Origin: Vicugna vicugna
Lineage: Eukaryota
Assembly (NCBI GenBank): GCA_013265495.1
Contig: MU061538.1
Location: 1,755,339-1,819,338, forward strand
DNA: 64,000 nucleotides
Direction: 5' to 3'
Position 1 is the first letter of the stretch. The number at the start of each line of letters is the position of its first letter. Below, one piece after another: positions 51,228 to 64,000 of the stretch. A model generated the notes under the pieces. It was given only the letters and a program-made list of their open reading frames with translations, did not search any database and was not told the origin of the DNA. Made by a program: the position numbers and the translations under genes.

Positions 51228-52059
51228 CTGAAACCAACAAGGCAGCACGCTGGTCAGTCTCTGCACAACGCGACGTCCCTCCCCAGCGTCAGGGGTCCAC
51301 CTCGGTTAGTGTTCAACCGAGACGCAAAGCCATCACACAAGCAGAAATCCAAACCTGCCGTTTCACTAGAGCCACTAAAGGAACTGCTCATCTGACAGGT
51401 GCTTGGGTTTTAGTAAGACTTCTGAAATTTGAAGCTAAGATTTTTAATTACTGTATCCACTCAAGAGGTCTATAATTATTATAGTCAGTGCTGTTTAGCT
51501 CAGTGCAATGCTGCTGAACTTTAAAAATACTTCATACTTTTGACATACCTTTTTCATTTTCATGAGCATTCTTGCTAAAATCTGACAGTCTGCATAAACA
51601 GTGGTTTTCAACTTTTAACTCCTGTTCAATCCTAATGAAACTTGGTCATCATCCTGACTCACCCCACGGGCCATGGTCATAAACCTGGGGGCATCCCCAC
51701 ACCGTCCATCCCCTGCAGACACAACACTGGACACTCAACTGTGCTCGCAGGGCCCAGGAGCACCCCAGTCAACCCTCCTCGCGCTGAGTCACATGCACCC
51801 ACACGTATGCTGGCCTCTGGGCTCAGTTCTGGAACGACAGCAGACCAGCCAGAAGTCCAAGAAATTTCATGAGGAAATTCTAAAAATAAGTTACTGAAGG
51901 GAACCGTGGGTGGACAGCAGAAGTGAGAGCTGAGGTGGCGGCCAGTGGGCAGCCCACACACAAGTCGCTGGCCAAGGTACTGAGCACAACCTCTTCCCAA
52001 ATGGCTGGCTGACCACTAAGCTACGCAGCAACAGATCTGACTTCCTAGGAAGCCAGGCT

Positions 52060-53095
52060 AAGAAGTAATAAAAAACTGAACAAAAAATACTTTGAGTGAA
52101 AATACAATATGTCAAAATCAAGGGGTTGCAACTAAAGCTGTTCTATCAGCAAGAAAAAGAGGTCTAAAATCAGGAACTTCAGCTGTTATTTCAAGAAGCT
52201 AGGAGGGGGGAAGAAAAGAAATTGAACCCAAATGGAAGGGAAGAAGAAAGATCACAGCAAAGGCAAAGGCATAGTGAACAGGAAACCAACAGGGAAAAAT
52301 CAATCAAGCCAAAAGTCAGATTTCTGAGACCAACATTGATAATCTTTTAACTAAACTGACTAAGGAAAAGGAGAGAAGACACAAATTACCAAAAAATCAG
52401 AAATAAAAGGATTAAAACTGGCACTACAGAAATTTAAAAGTATATTTTGAATAACTCTATAGCAACAAATTAAGACAACTTTGACAAAAGCCATAAAAGA
52501 TGCAAGATACTAAAACTGATTCAAGAAGAAAGAGAAAATCTGGAAATGTGAGAAGACACTGAATTGACCATTAAAAACCTCCAGCAAAGAAAAACCCAGG
52601 TCCAAATGGATTTTCTCTCTGGTGAATTCTGTCAACTATGTAAGAAGGACAGACTGCCAATCTCACACAATCTCGCTCAGAAAACCAGAGGAGGAGGAAC
52701 TTTCCCACTCGTCATTTGAGGACTGTATTACTCTGACACAAAAGTCAAACAAAGACATCAAAAGAAAAGAAAGTCACAAAAGAATATCCCTCATCAACAT
52801 ATATGAAAAAAGCCCTCACTAAAATAGCAGCAAACTAAATTCAGCAACACAGAAAAAGGAGCATACGTCACAACCAAGTAAGACTGATCCCAGGAATGCA
52901 AGGTTGGTTTAACACTCAAAAATCAACTCAAGTGACAGACCACGTTAACAGAGGAAAGGACCACACGACCAGCTGCACTGACGCGGGAAAAGCATTCGTA
53001 ATAAAAATTCTCAAAGAACCAGGAAGAAAAGGGCCTCCTGTCAGCCTGATAAAGGGCATCTACCAAGACTCCACAGTTTGCATCATACTCGGGAA
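52060..53095 (+). mobile_element. Decayed LINE-1 ORF2 fragment
   Basis: A-rich. Residual peptides EEEELSHSSFEDCITLTQKSNKDIKRKESHKRISLINI and MQGWFNTQKSTQV…DAGKAF resemble the L1 ORF2 motifs EEGTLPNSFYEASITLIPKP…ENYRPISLMNI and PGMQGWFNI…DAEKAF. Confidence 0.88.
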
Positions 53096-53643
53096 CGGCA
53101 GGCAGGGACGCGTGACCTGCACGTCAGTCCTCGGGCAGCTTTCAGGTGTTAGTGATCTTGGGCTTTAATCCAGAACCATCCAGTCATATCCTCTGGAGCT
53201 GGAACTCAGACATCAGCACATCTGTGCAGCCAGGGCTGTGGACGGCTGAACCAGGTGGGTCCCTTCTAACGTTCAGTGACTCTGTGCCTCCGTAATATCC
53301 TTTACAATCACCTGAAATGTGATCCTGCTGGGCGGTGTTCCTACTGATGGAGGAATATCCCCCAAATGACAGTGGAAGCACCACGGAAAGACAGGCCGTT
53401 GTGCAGGACTATGACCCACATACGCAGACTGCTTCTTGTGCCTCTCGAGACTTCGCCACTAGATAATCTATCTAAAACATGTGAGCAGGTACCCCAGCCA
53501 GGCAGGGATGGGCTATTCTCAGAGCACAATTTTTAAAAGTCTTTATCTTGAAAGGCTATGTGAACTCTCTCTTGTTTTGTACTTGCCTGAAATTTTCCAT
53601 ACTAAAAAGTTAAAAAATTTAAGACTATATACCACACATTCTT

Positions 53644-53784
53644 TTTTTTTTTAATTTTTATTGTTTGGCAGGGGGAGGTAACTAAGTTTACTTGTTTATT
53701 TTTGGAGGCGATGCCAGGGATTGAACCCAGAACCTCCTGTGTGCTAAGCATGTGCTCTACCATTTGAGCTATACCCTCCCCCTC
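53644..53784 (-). mobile_element. Young tRNA-derived SINE (camelid Vic-type) with 13-bp target-site duplication
   Basis: Minus strand reads GGGGAGGGTATAGCTCAAATGGTAGAG (A box)…GGTTCAATCCC (B box)…AT-rich tail and poly-A. It is flanked by ACCACACATTCTT at 53631-53643 and 53785-53797. Confidence 0.9.
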
Positions 53785-56700
53785 ACCACACATTCTTAAG
53801 AACCAGTAATCCATCATTAATTTATCTAAAATTCCATTGAAATTGTTAGGATAAGATTCATAAACTCACTACGCATATGTTAAGTCTTACTGTCCTTAAA
53901 AACATTTCTTTTCACGTGAGCTGACATTTCACACTAGCCCCCAGGTCCCACCAGAGGCTGTGTCTTAGACGCAGGTGCACTGGGTATCTAAATTCTCCAC
54001 ATGGCTCAGCTACACAAGTCTGATGAATGGTTCTCCAACGTCTACCTTTTTCATGAATGTGGGTAAATGAACTGGCTGTGTATGACTAGCTCTCTGGGAA
54101 AGTCTTCCACTTTATGGACTAAGGGATCTAAATAAACTCCCTAGAAGCTCATCAGGCAAGGTCAAAGTCTGAGGACACCTAGAGCATATGCCATCTTTTA
54201 AGTGTCTAGAGAAATCAGTGAATAGAATAGACTTTATTCTATTTTGTTCACAAAGTCAAAATTTCCTGTGCACATAGATGGCACTGAAATGTTTATCAAA
54301 TAAGACAACAGTAGACCAGACTTGTTCTGAATGCGCCATAGAAAAGATTATAGCATCAGGATACTAGGTTATAGCCACCATCAATCAGTACGTATCTATT
54401 TGCTAAGTGCCACCATGATACTGAAGGGCCAGCCTTCAGTTCAGCAACACCACTGTGTGCATCAGAAAACTCTGCCATGCTGCAGAAAGCGGTAATTAGT
54501 TAGTACATGTGGCCTGAAAGGAATGATGTCCAAATACACGATGGATAATACAGTGAGTATTGTCCTGGCTTTTTCTTGAGCAATCCAAAGCTAAAAATAA
54601 GATGGTCCAGATAGTAAACTTCTATTTAAAAAAAACAGCTTGCACCAAAAGTAGAATATTTGCCTATTTTAAGGTATACCCTGTGTAAATGTATTTGGGT
54701 GATAAATATGTAACACTGGCAATCTGATGATTTTTAAACTGAGAATAAAGAACATAAACATTTAGTCAATAAACATACCAAATAATGAAAATCCTCTTCA
54801 TTGCTATCCTGAGTAAGAGACTGGTAATAATTCATGTCTGACAATATTAGCGTCACATAAAAACCCTGAAAAACAAAGTTCTTTTTTTCCCTCTCAAGAG
54901 AATTTTTAGAGTAACCTTGATCTCTGTCTAAAGTTCAGAGAAAAAAGCCTTTAGGATCTTCTAAGAGACGGCCTTAAAAGACACAGGAGAAGGACATCTG
55001 TGGGCCTGGACCTCACCTCCTGGCGCCCCCCTCCCTCCGCGCCCCGCCTTGTCTCACACCCGCACCCAGCACCAGTTCCTCCGGCTCCTCCCTGTTTGGA
55101 GGGAGCGCCCCAGCCACCAGCCTGACTCGCTCCCTCTCCAATCCTAAGGTTTCCCAGGCCACAGAACTGCTTTACTTTCCTTCACAGCATTCATCACCAC
55201 CCACAGTCATGTCATGCTGACCAGAACGGCAGCCCCATGGGAGGCACGGGTCACCATGGCATCCTCAGGACAGAGAAGTGGACAGGGCGGACGGACGACA
55301 AGCACTCGCTGAGTCAATGCTGAGCACAGAGAGAGGGATGTTTCAGGCGGGGATTAAGACAGAGGCCCCACCTTCAGGAAAACTGCTATCAACTGCTTTC
55401 AGACGGTGGGGTGGGGGCGGGGCGGCCCTGGGTAAACTCTGGAGTCACTTATGCTCAGGACAGTGTTTCACGCCTTGGACAGCTGCAAAGGGTATGATAA
55501 GCTTTGTTTATTTCTGGAAATTTCCAAGGCACTCCTAGGATCTTCCTCACCCCTGGTCTGGGTGTCGTGCAACACGCCCCCCGCACGGGAGGATGGGCGG
55601 GCGGGCGTTTGTCGGACGTCCTCACCGTGGCAAGCCCTGCGCGTCCAGATCCGGTTTTCTCTCAGTCCTCCCTCAACGCAAAGATCGTCATTCTCACTTT
55701 GCAAGTGAGAAACGCAGTGAGTGCTAGGACTTCCTGCCCCGACGGGTCCCAAGCGTGGACTCCACACTGCCTCCTAGGAAAGGAGCTCACTAACAACTAT
55801 TTTTAGCAAGGGTGGAAGCAAAGGGACTAACCATCAATTAAATCATTTTAATTAAATGAGGGGTTACTGTAATATGTTCCGCTTTTACATTTTTCTGAAA
55901 ACCATGCTGAAGACTCAAGACTTCAATATAAAGTTATTTCATTTTGTAAGAGAAACAAAGTTTTCTTTTCCTACTTAAAAGAACAATTATTTTCCTTCAA
56001 ATTAGCACAATGAAAAGCTAATTCTTAGGGGAAATTTTAAACCTCAGAGTTATTCCAGTTAGCACCAGGAAACAGTCAATCTGTTGATTACTAGGCTGTG
56101 GCCAGAAACATATTTTCACACCTACACTCACACACAGAGAAACAGACAAAAGGTGAGCGAGAACCAAGCCACACTAAACCCACCCATTCACTTAGAAGTC
56201 TTCTACAGCTTGTGCTTATGGTCACAGCTCTGAAAGAAATCCTAAAATTGTTAGTACTTAGTTATGTAAACTTAAAGACACTGTCGATTCAAATTAGGAA
56301 TTTCAGAAACCTATTTATCTTAACGTAGGGAAATAAGGAGTCATCCGTGGACCACAGATTACACTCCATTCAAAGAAAGGAAATCCACTTTGAAAGTGAA
56401 TTTCTCAAGGGTAGCACAATCCCCTTTTAAATTCTTTACGCAGCAGAATGTTTAGATATGATTTAAAATATCTTTTACTTCCTCTAAAACAGATGAGGAG
56501 AAAAGAAGTTTGGCCTGTCTTAGGCCGAATTGGAAATATTTTGTTGGTTTTGTTCCACAAATGATTATCTTTTAATGAATACTATAAAATGTCCTTTTGA
56601 GAGTAGTTTTTCTTAAATATAAGAGGCACTTCCTGAATTAAGCAAGCTTAGGGAATACTTTTTATCAGTTTAATTGTTACAAAAAATAAGGTCTGGAGCC

Positions 56701-57619
56701 ACCAACATTAGCAGGACAAATTTATTTATAACAAATAGTTTAAACGTATAGATAAAAATGCCTATTGATAATGTCAGGGCGTCCTGCAACTTGACAGATC
56801 AAATCTTATTTTCATTCTTAAACCCCGTGAAGAAGTGGTATCATTGACTTGCATTCACTAGTGAGCAAATTGATTAATCCCTCTCTATAGAAATCTCAAC
56901 TCTTGATTACACCTATCAGACGTTAAGCAGCATTATTCTAGACTGACAACACTTGACAAATTCCCCAACCATTTTTCTCAGCCTTTGTGGCCCTGCTAGC
57001 TTGTATTAACCCTGATGAAAAATTAATTTTCCTTATCTTCTTCTAAACCCCAAAATCCAAATCCGCCAAACTGGCAACTCTTTCTGTAAAGGTATTATGA
57101 AAACCTCTAAAAGATTAATTGCATGTCTTCAGGTGACATTAAGTTAATTTCCGTACTCATGACACACATTTGATACTCTGCACTGAGAGGACAGATAACA
57201 TTGTCGGGACACACAGGAGGACAGTGGTTAGGGTCCCAGGGCAGCCCCTCATGCATTCTCCTTTCGATAAGGCCCACTTCACTGTCACGGCAATGCTGCT
57301 GATCTTCCAGCCCACAGACCTCACGGAACAGGTTTCTATTAACGACAACAATGCTGGCCCTGGCCCTGTGATCTTTAGAAAGCGCACTCAGAATCCGGAC
57401 GATAAATGATATGCATGCTATACGAAATTTCTAAACAGAAATACATTTAAGGCGCTATTGCGTCTTGAGACTACTGCTTAGAGCAGAAACGGTGAAAGAA
57501 AATAAACAGGCTAGTAACATTCTTATCCAGGTCCCCAGGTCAATTCCCTAATTAAATTGCTGCAGTATGATACGAGGTGAGAACATTTCACATTTGCAGT
57601 GTTCCTCTATTCTCTGCAG

Positions 57620-57920
57620 TGCATCATCCTCACATACGGCAGGCAGGCATGCAACACATGTGAGCAGCACCCTAAATCTAAAATGCTTCCTATACAATTC
57701 CAGTTCTGGGTCCACACAGGTTGAACTGAAACAAAACGCACAGGGTTAAAGGGACGTCATGAGTGCCTGGGCTTCCTGGGGGGAGGGGGAAGGATCCGAG
57801 AGGCATGAACATTAGATTTCACAGGACGGTGACAATACGGCACAGTTATTCGAGTGCTGTCTCTCTTAACATTCTACCTTTCTGAGGTTAGTTCAGTTTG
57901 AGGAAATCTTTAAAAAGCAA
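57620..57920 (+). mobile_element. Old L1 (L1ME-like) 3' fragment
   Basis: A G-rich stretch followed by a T-rich segment and A tail, typical of old L1 3' ends. Confidence 0.35.
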
Positions 57921-60900
57921 AATTAGTCAGCGTTTGAAGAAACCACCCTAAGCCCCGAGCCTCTGAGGGGTGATACCCCAGGATCCTCCGGCTTCTACAG
58001 CACAAACCCACCAGTCCACAAGGAAAGGACTGCTAGAAGTGAGACCGTGGGGCCAGGGCCCGTGAACTCTGGTTTCTCCAGCAAGCGCACCCCACACGGG
58101 CGTGAAGCTCCAGGCTCTGGAAGGGTGAAGCTTCCAGCCTGCCCTGGGTGAGCAGCTCAGAAGGACCGGCTTTCCAGGGCTGGGCGACTTCCCTGGGGAG
58201 ATGACGAGGCTCCTATTCTCGGCAGCTGTGTCAAGCCAGGAGAGGGAAGCTACCCAAGACATTGGGAGAAACCAGACTCCTTTTCTGCTGGAGAGGGCAG
58301 GTCAGCAAGTCCTGACTCCTCGCTACAAGTGAGTGATTCCTGACCTGACCCTTAGTTCACTCCCAAACAGCATACGCCTAAAAACACCCATGAATTAATG
58401 TGCAGACATTCTAATTCATTAAACCTGATTTCTAATGAACAGGAGCCTATTTTGCCCAAATTTAGAGGTCATACTTAATTTAAGAATGCTTAAACAGTCT
58501 CATCTCTGGAAGTTATCAATTCTTCCCACTAAAGTGTTTCACAGCTCTTAAAAACAACAGTTTCTCCTGTAAAAGAAGATTCTGGACTATATATCAAACA
58601 AGTGATTTAATCAAGAGTGACCCCTCTTTTCCCTCCTTTCTCCTGTTATTTGGCTTTCTGGCCACTTTATTGCTCATTAGCCTCTCGGCCCACAAACCAG
58701 GCCCAAGTACAGCCACTCGGCCGCCCTCCCTGCCAGAGAGGGGAGGGATGGCAGGACAAGAGGGTCAGCAAGGTGGGGGCCTGGGCCCTCACTTCCCCGA
58801 GAGGGGCCTCCGGCCCTACCCACCCCCCCTCCGGCTCCTCCCCCAAGTCAAAGCAGCTTCTCTTATCGGAGCTTCCCCCACCGTCTGGTCTTCCCAGAAG
58901 CCCTCTTTCTCTCACGAGCCCTTGCCGTTCTGTCCTTCACCACCTCATCGCTGACTCGGTCCTTTTCACTGGCCCTCTGGCATGGCCTCGCTCCTGGGTG
59001 CTGCCCCAACTGGTGGCATCAAGTCAGCTTCTGCCAGAAATCAAGTGGGCAGGACAGCTGATCCTCCAGCCCCAGTCAGGCAGCTGGGCGAGGGTCACGG
59101 GACAACAACCACAGCGTGAGACGCGCTCTGCCTTGGCCTGGGCCCCCTCAGAACAAGTTGGCACCACAGACTCACCAAAAAGCAACCAAACACAATCCCA
59201 TTTTGTAAACTGAATAAAGAAGGTGTTTGGGAGGGACAATATACTTTAGCATGAAAAGGTGACCAAAAGAATTAAACAAGAATTAATGCTGTTTTTGATT
59301 TTTCCAAAGTTTGCTTACTGGTGTCATCTAAATGACTACAATGTACAGCTATTAATTTTATAATCAGAAGTATAGGGGGTGAAACACTGTGCTAACCCCT
59401 CCTTTGATATTTTAGTACAGAAACCATAAATAATGCCTATATGTTTTAAGGGAAAAGGTATCTATTTTCTCAGTTATTTCAACAAATCTTTCTTAAATAT
59501 TTGTAACACACTTGAAACTGTCTAAATTAAACCCTAGAGACAAAGAATGACTGAAGAGGAAACCTACCCTCAGCCAGCAGCAGGACAGAGGAGACAGCTC
59601 CGCAGAGCAGTGGTCGCGGCGGGGCAAGGAGGCGCAGAGGGCGTGCAGATGTGTCGCCCGAGGGAACAAGCAGGGGAGTCTGCACCGGCAGGGGGCCACA
59701 CACCAAAACAACAAGGCACGGCCAGAGAACAGGGGGCACTGAGGGTGACAGTTCTGTCCCTGCCCGCGACTCAGCCTCAGATGAGCATCCCCGAAGAATG
59801 ACAAATGACTCCAACACCAACACTTCTGTCTCTAGTAAATCTGATGAACAGTGTAAGCAACTCCTTATGCTGTTTGTAACACCCCTTGAACTGAAATTAC
59901 ATGTGTCAAAATAAAATGTCCTTCACCCACAGAAAGAAACCAGGTGTGTACGTATCACCTCTCCCGCCACCTCTCTAGAGAGAATCTAAGAACAACTTCT
60001 GAGAAAGAGAAGAAATCCACAAATGCAGACCAAGCGCCAAGTGCAAGCTCGCACAAACACATCGGGGCCTCCTGCGGGAAGCACTCCGACGGCCCTTGAA
60101 AATCAAAGCACGAGAGCACCCCAGCTGGGCAGCCAGCTCTCCCGCCCAGGCGCCCCAGGCCTCTCCCCCTCCTCCGTGTGGCCACAGCACAAAGGACTGT
60201 TTACCTAACTTGCTGCCAAATTCTTAAAATTTTTCAGTACCTCAACTGGAATGGAGCAGCTGAATTCACAATTTGCTTTTTCTTAAAGAGCACTATCAAC
60301 TGCCACTCTAAATAAACCATTTTTTCTCCCTTGGACCAGGATAACATCTACTGAGCTACCACCACGCACTCAGGGACTGTGCCATGTGCCTCACACGTGC
60401 CACGACATTTGACCCTCACAGCCACCAAGGGAGGAGAAGCTTCACTCACTTTCCTGAGGAGGAGGCCAAGGTTCACCCGGGCCAGGTAACCTGATGCAAA
60501 CACTTCACAGTTTCCCCAGGTTGGAAGACGGAGTGCTGCAGGCCTGATTAAATTCCCTCATAATTCCCCGTGGCACGTGCTTGTTCCAATTCCTGTTTCT
60601 GGTGTTTAATGATAAAGAATGGGTGACGACGACTACAGCAAGTAAATATTTTCTATTTTTTATATGTTCTGTTACTACTTGAATAGTTTTTCTAAATTAT
60701 GTACTGGTTATGTACAAAACTGTTAACAAGGTTGCTCTTTTGGTTTCTGAAAATTCAATGCTTCAAAGTAGCTTTCTAAGAAATGAGCAAATGGAGAATA
60801 TTTCCGTATTTTAAGTAATACAAAGAGAATCATTCCATCAAATACAATTCTTTAAGTAGATTACTATATAAATAACATTCGGGGAGGCACATGGAATTTT

Positions 60901-61559
60901 AGAAGCCATATTTGCCAATATCTAACACTCTTCATAAGCAGCATTAATTTGTTCCTTTTAAATCTCACCTAACAGATCCAGAAGATAAAATCTAACTGTT
61001 CAGAAGAAACTAAAATTCAGAAACTGATTAGCCTTCTAACAAAAGGTCTTTTAAAATTTCAAATTCCCCTAATGATTCCAACACAACGTTTTAAAAATAA
61101 AATCTGGCCTACTTTGATTTACACAGAAACATCCAAAGATACATTTACAGCGCACAGCAAATCACAGCTCCACTGGGCCAGGATACACCGCCATTCACTT
61201 CAACCCACTCTACCAGGCTAGTGGTCACGTGGTTTACTGGTCTGTTAACAGGTCATCCACACAGGTTCTAGAGCGGGAATAGAGAAACTCAGCCACTCGC
61301 CAGTCCCGATTCCACAGCTGACTCTACTCACCACTCAGGGTACTTTCCGCACCCCTAAGTGGGACTGGCAAGCAAAATGAACCCTAACCATTACCTTTAT
61401 TCTACAAGCCCACAGTCAGAATTTTCTGAATCAATTCTGATTGCTATACACTCACTGGAAACAGTAGAATATTATCTCTAATCCAGAATTAAGTAGCAGA
61501 AAAGGGAAGCAGCAAAAATTACTACGACAAATAATGGTAGAAAGCATAGGACACAGAAG

Positions 61560-61910
61560 CTCACTACCAATTAGTTGCTGTGTGGTCCTGGGCTACAAAT
61601 ATAACTTCTCTGAGCCTCAAATTTATGTACCCATAAAATGGAAATAACTCATAAGGATGACGTGAATACACACTAAACTTGATAAATAGCAGCTACTACT
61701 TACTAAGTGGCATAAAATCAGGGAATGTATTTCTAGAAGGGGCCTTAGGAGAGGGGCCAAAAAGAAAACAGACATTTATCAGGTACCTGCCATGTGTCAG
61801 ACAGTTGGTTTCATTTACTTACTCCTTACAACCTTACTCACCCACTTCTTAGACTGGAGACTGGGGTTCAAAGGAATGAAATGACTGTTAAGGGTCCCAC
61901 AGACAAGACG
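61560..61910. mobile_element. MIR fragments (two, opposite orientation)
   Basis: tgctgtgtggtcctgggc…aacttctctgagcctca…ataaaatggaaataa, and tttacttactccttacaacc…gactggggttcaaagga…gtcccacag. Confidence 0.55.
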
Positions 61911-63856
61911 TAACAGACAAGAACCCCACAAAAAACAAACAACAATAATAACAAAAAACAAAAAACGCCGGCCATGAGGGAAATACTGTTTCTTCCAGAC
62001 ACTGATCTTCTGATAAGTCAAGCAATGCCAACATGCTACTGGAGGAGTTGCTGAACTAAATTCTAAGATACAGAACATTTTGATTAGTTAACTTAAGAAT
62101 TAAAAAGAGAGCTAAACTATTCCAGCATTTGGCAGAGAACTATTTTCATGTAAAATTCCTGTCGCTTTCTTGTCTGTTGTAAAACTATACAGCATGATTT
62201 TGGAATATGGTCTGACATAAAAAATATTTTTTTCCCTCCAGAAAAAAAGATTTTACTAATTTACTTAAAAAAATTGTTACCAATTAAAGTAGATAAAGTC
62301 TTTTAAAGGAAAGGTGTTTAGTAGTTTGAAGGCTGTTCCTGGACAGCAGAGCTCGGCCCGCACCTCCCAGCCCACCAGGGCCCATAGCGCGTGGCCCCCA
62401 CCTTCCAGCAGCCACGTCAGCACATGGCACCATGCGGCCCCCCGGGGCAAGGCATACTCCCAGCCGTGGCCCCGGGGCCCGTCCTTTCACATTTACAGCT
62501 CAACTAGGAGAAATGAGACACTGACAAGACACGGCTAAAACAAGGTCAAAAGCAAAAGACCACAAAGACACGTGGAAACTGATGAATGCTTAGGTTTTTG
62601 GGTAAAGACAACAAATTCATGTAAAACAACGTGCTATAATACAGACCGCCTGCTCATCAGCGTTCTGAATCGCAAGGAATGGAGGGGAGGAAAAACAGAC
62701 TGGGTCTACCAAAAGTCTCCTCCTGGCACATGCTTCCCATCTTTAGTCTACAAACCTAGAAACTAAAACTCAATTAAACAACCAACGATGAACTGCCCTT
62801 AATCCAGCACAGCAAACAACTCGATGCTCCTTCCAGCTCCTACGTGCTACTGCTTTCCCTGGATGCACTGACAATTAGAGGTCCTTTCCTTTTACTTATT
62901 GCAAATACTCTGTGGTTTAAAAGTAATCGTCAGTAGCTGATTTGCTCCAGAGTCTGTGCCTTACGGTTCTCCCCGTCCTTCCCCAGTTTATAGTGAAAAG
63001 TGCCCACTGCAGGGAGCGCCGTCAGAGAGCACAGCAGCTGCTCAGGCCACAGCGCGTTTGTTGCAGAGTCACTGTGATAAAGGCAAGAGACGAGCATCGT
63101 CTTCTGTAGTAAGTGAAGGCCATGTGGCAGGAAAAGGAAGCAAGTATTCTACAGATTGCTGATGGGAGAGTCTTCTGCAAAGGGACTCCATCTGCAGCAA
63201 CTTCAAGGACTGAACTTATCCAAACTGCAGTGGAAAACTGCAATTCCTGTACTTTACTGGAAATGGTCTAGAATGAGCACTGTTTAAAAGTCAAGAAAGA
63301 AATGACACGTGCTCCACTCTGGAAAGTACGTGTAAGATCACACATGATTTCACTTTAGAATTCTGTTAATCCCTTTTTCCCTCAAATGGGGGAAATTAGA
63401 TTGAAAGGGAAGACAGGACAGTCTTTGCCACAATACTGCTTAAAAGCAGACACACAACACACACACCGCCCCCCACCCTGCCACAGCTGCTCACTGAATC
63501 TAAAGCTACACGTAATTATTTGTTTTCGTCATAAAGGAAATTTTACTTTTAAAACAAACTCGATGATTCTATCATAAATTATCTATAAAAAGAAGCTAAA
63601 ACTGAGAAACGTCTAATTTAGGAACTGTCACACTGGTCTTTCATTAAGACCCCAAAGAGACACTGAAACATGGGTCCCAGTTGAAAGAAGAACCTGAATG
63701 ACAATTGTTACATCTGCTTCAAGTAGGCAGAGGCTGCTGTACGTGACTGTGAAAGAGGTGATTTCACATGCCTTCCTTCGAAAACCTTCTCTAGGAATTA
63801 GGACACTCTAAGCGAAGCACAGATTCCAAGAGGTACTGGTAACCTCGTCAACTTAC

Positions 63857-64000
63857 CCCGCCTGACAACTTAATCACCCTGACCTTGGAGCTGACGTGCG
63901 GCCCATCTCCGCCACCGCTGTTGGCCCGGTGCATGACAGTCCTTTTCGCGCCAGGCTTGACCTCCGGGGGCCGGCCCTGGAGGGACGCCACTCGAGCAGT
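63857..64000 (-). CDS. RBM33: RBM33 internal exon, truncated by the window edge
   Basis: Minus strand translates TARVASLQGRPPEVKPGAKRTVMHRANSGGGDGPHVSSKVRVIKLSGG, then donor |gtaagt, phase 0. Confidence 0.88.

Noticed and set aside
53710..53782. tRNA-like sequence
   Set aside because: It is the head of a SINE (tail, poly-A, TSD), not a tRNA gene.

Overview
Mammalian genomic DNA, probably camelid judging by a tRNA-derived SINE. It holds the three-exon Sonic hedgehog gene (SHH, + strand, ~11.6-21.7 kb) with its promoter, CpG islands and an intron-2 enhancer. It also holds the convergent 3' end of RBM33 (- strand): five coding exons, the first cut by the window edge, plus a ~6.2 kb 3'UTR. The rest is ordinary intergenic or intronic DNA with old repeats (MLT1 LTR, L1, L2, MIR, MER58) and one young SINE. 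The main anomaly is in SHH exon 3. The segment encoding the normal C-terminus (…IHWYSQLLYQIGTWLLD…MAVKSS*) and its stop codon is missing at a junction near 20674. The ORF therefore reads through the 3'UTR into a 98-aa novel tail with a hydrophobic end. This is most likely an assembly dropout in extremely GC/G4-rich DNA, but would be a major lesion if real. Also notable are strong reverse-oriented CTCF motifs 3' of SHH and several candidate unannotated RBM33 exons. I found no evidence of a wholly new biological system. Most ORFs in the supplied track are GC-rich noise. Orthologue and repeat-consensus comparisons are from memory, not from database searches.
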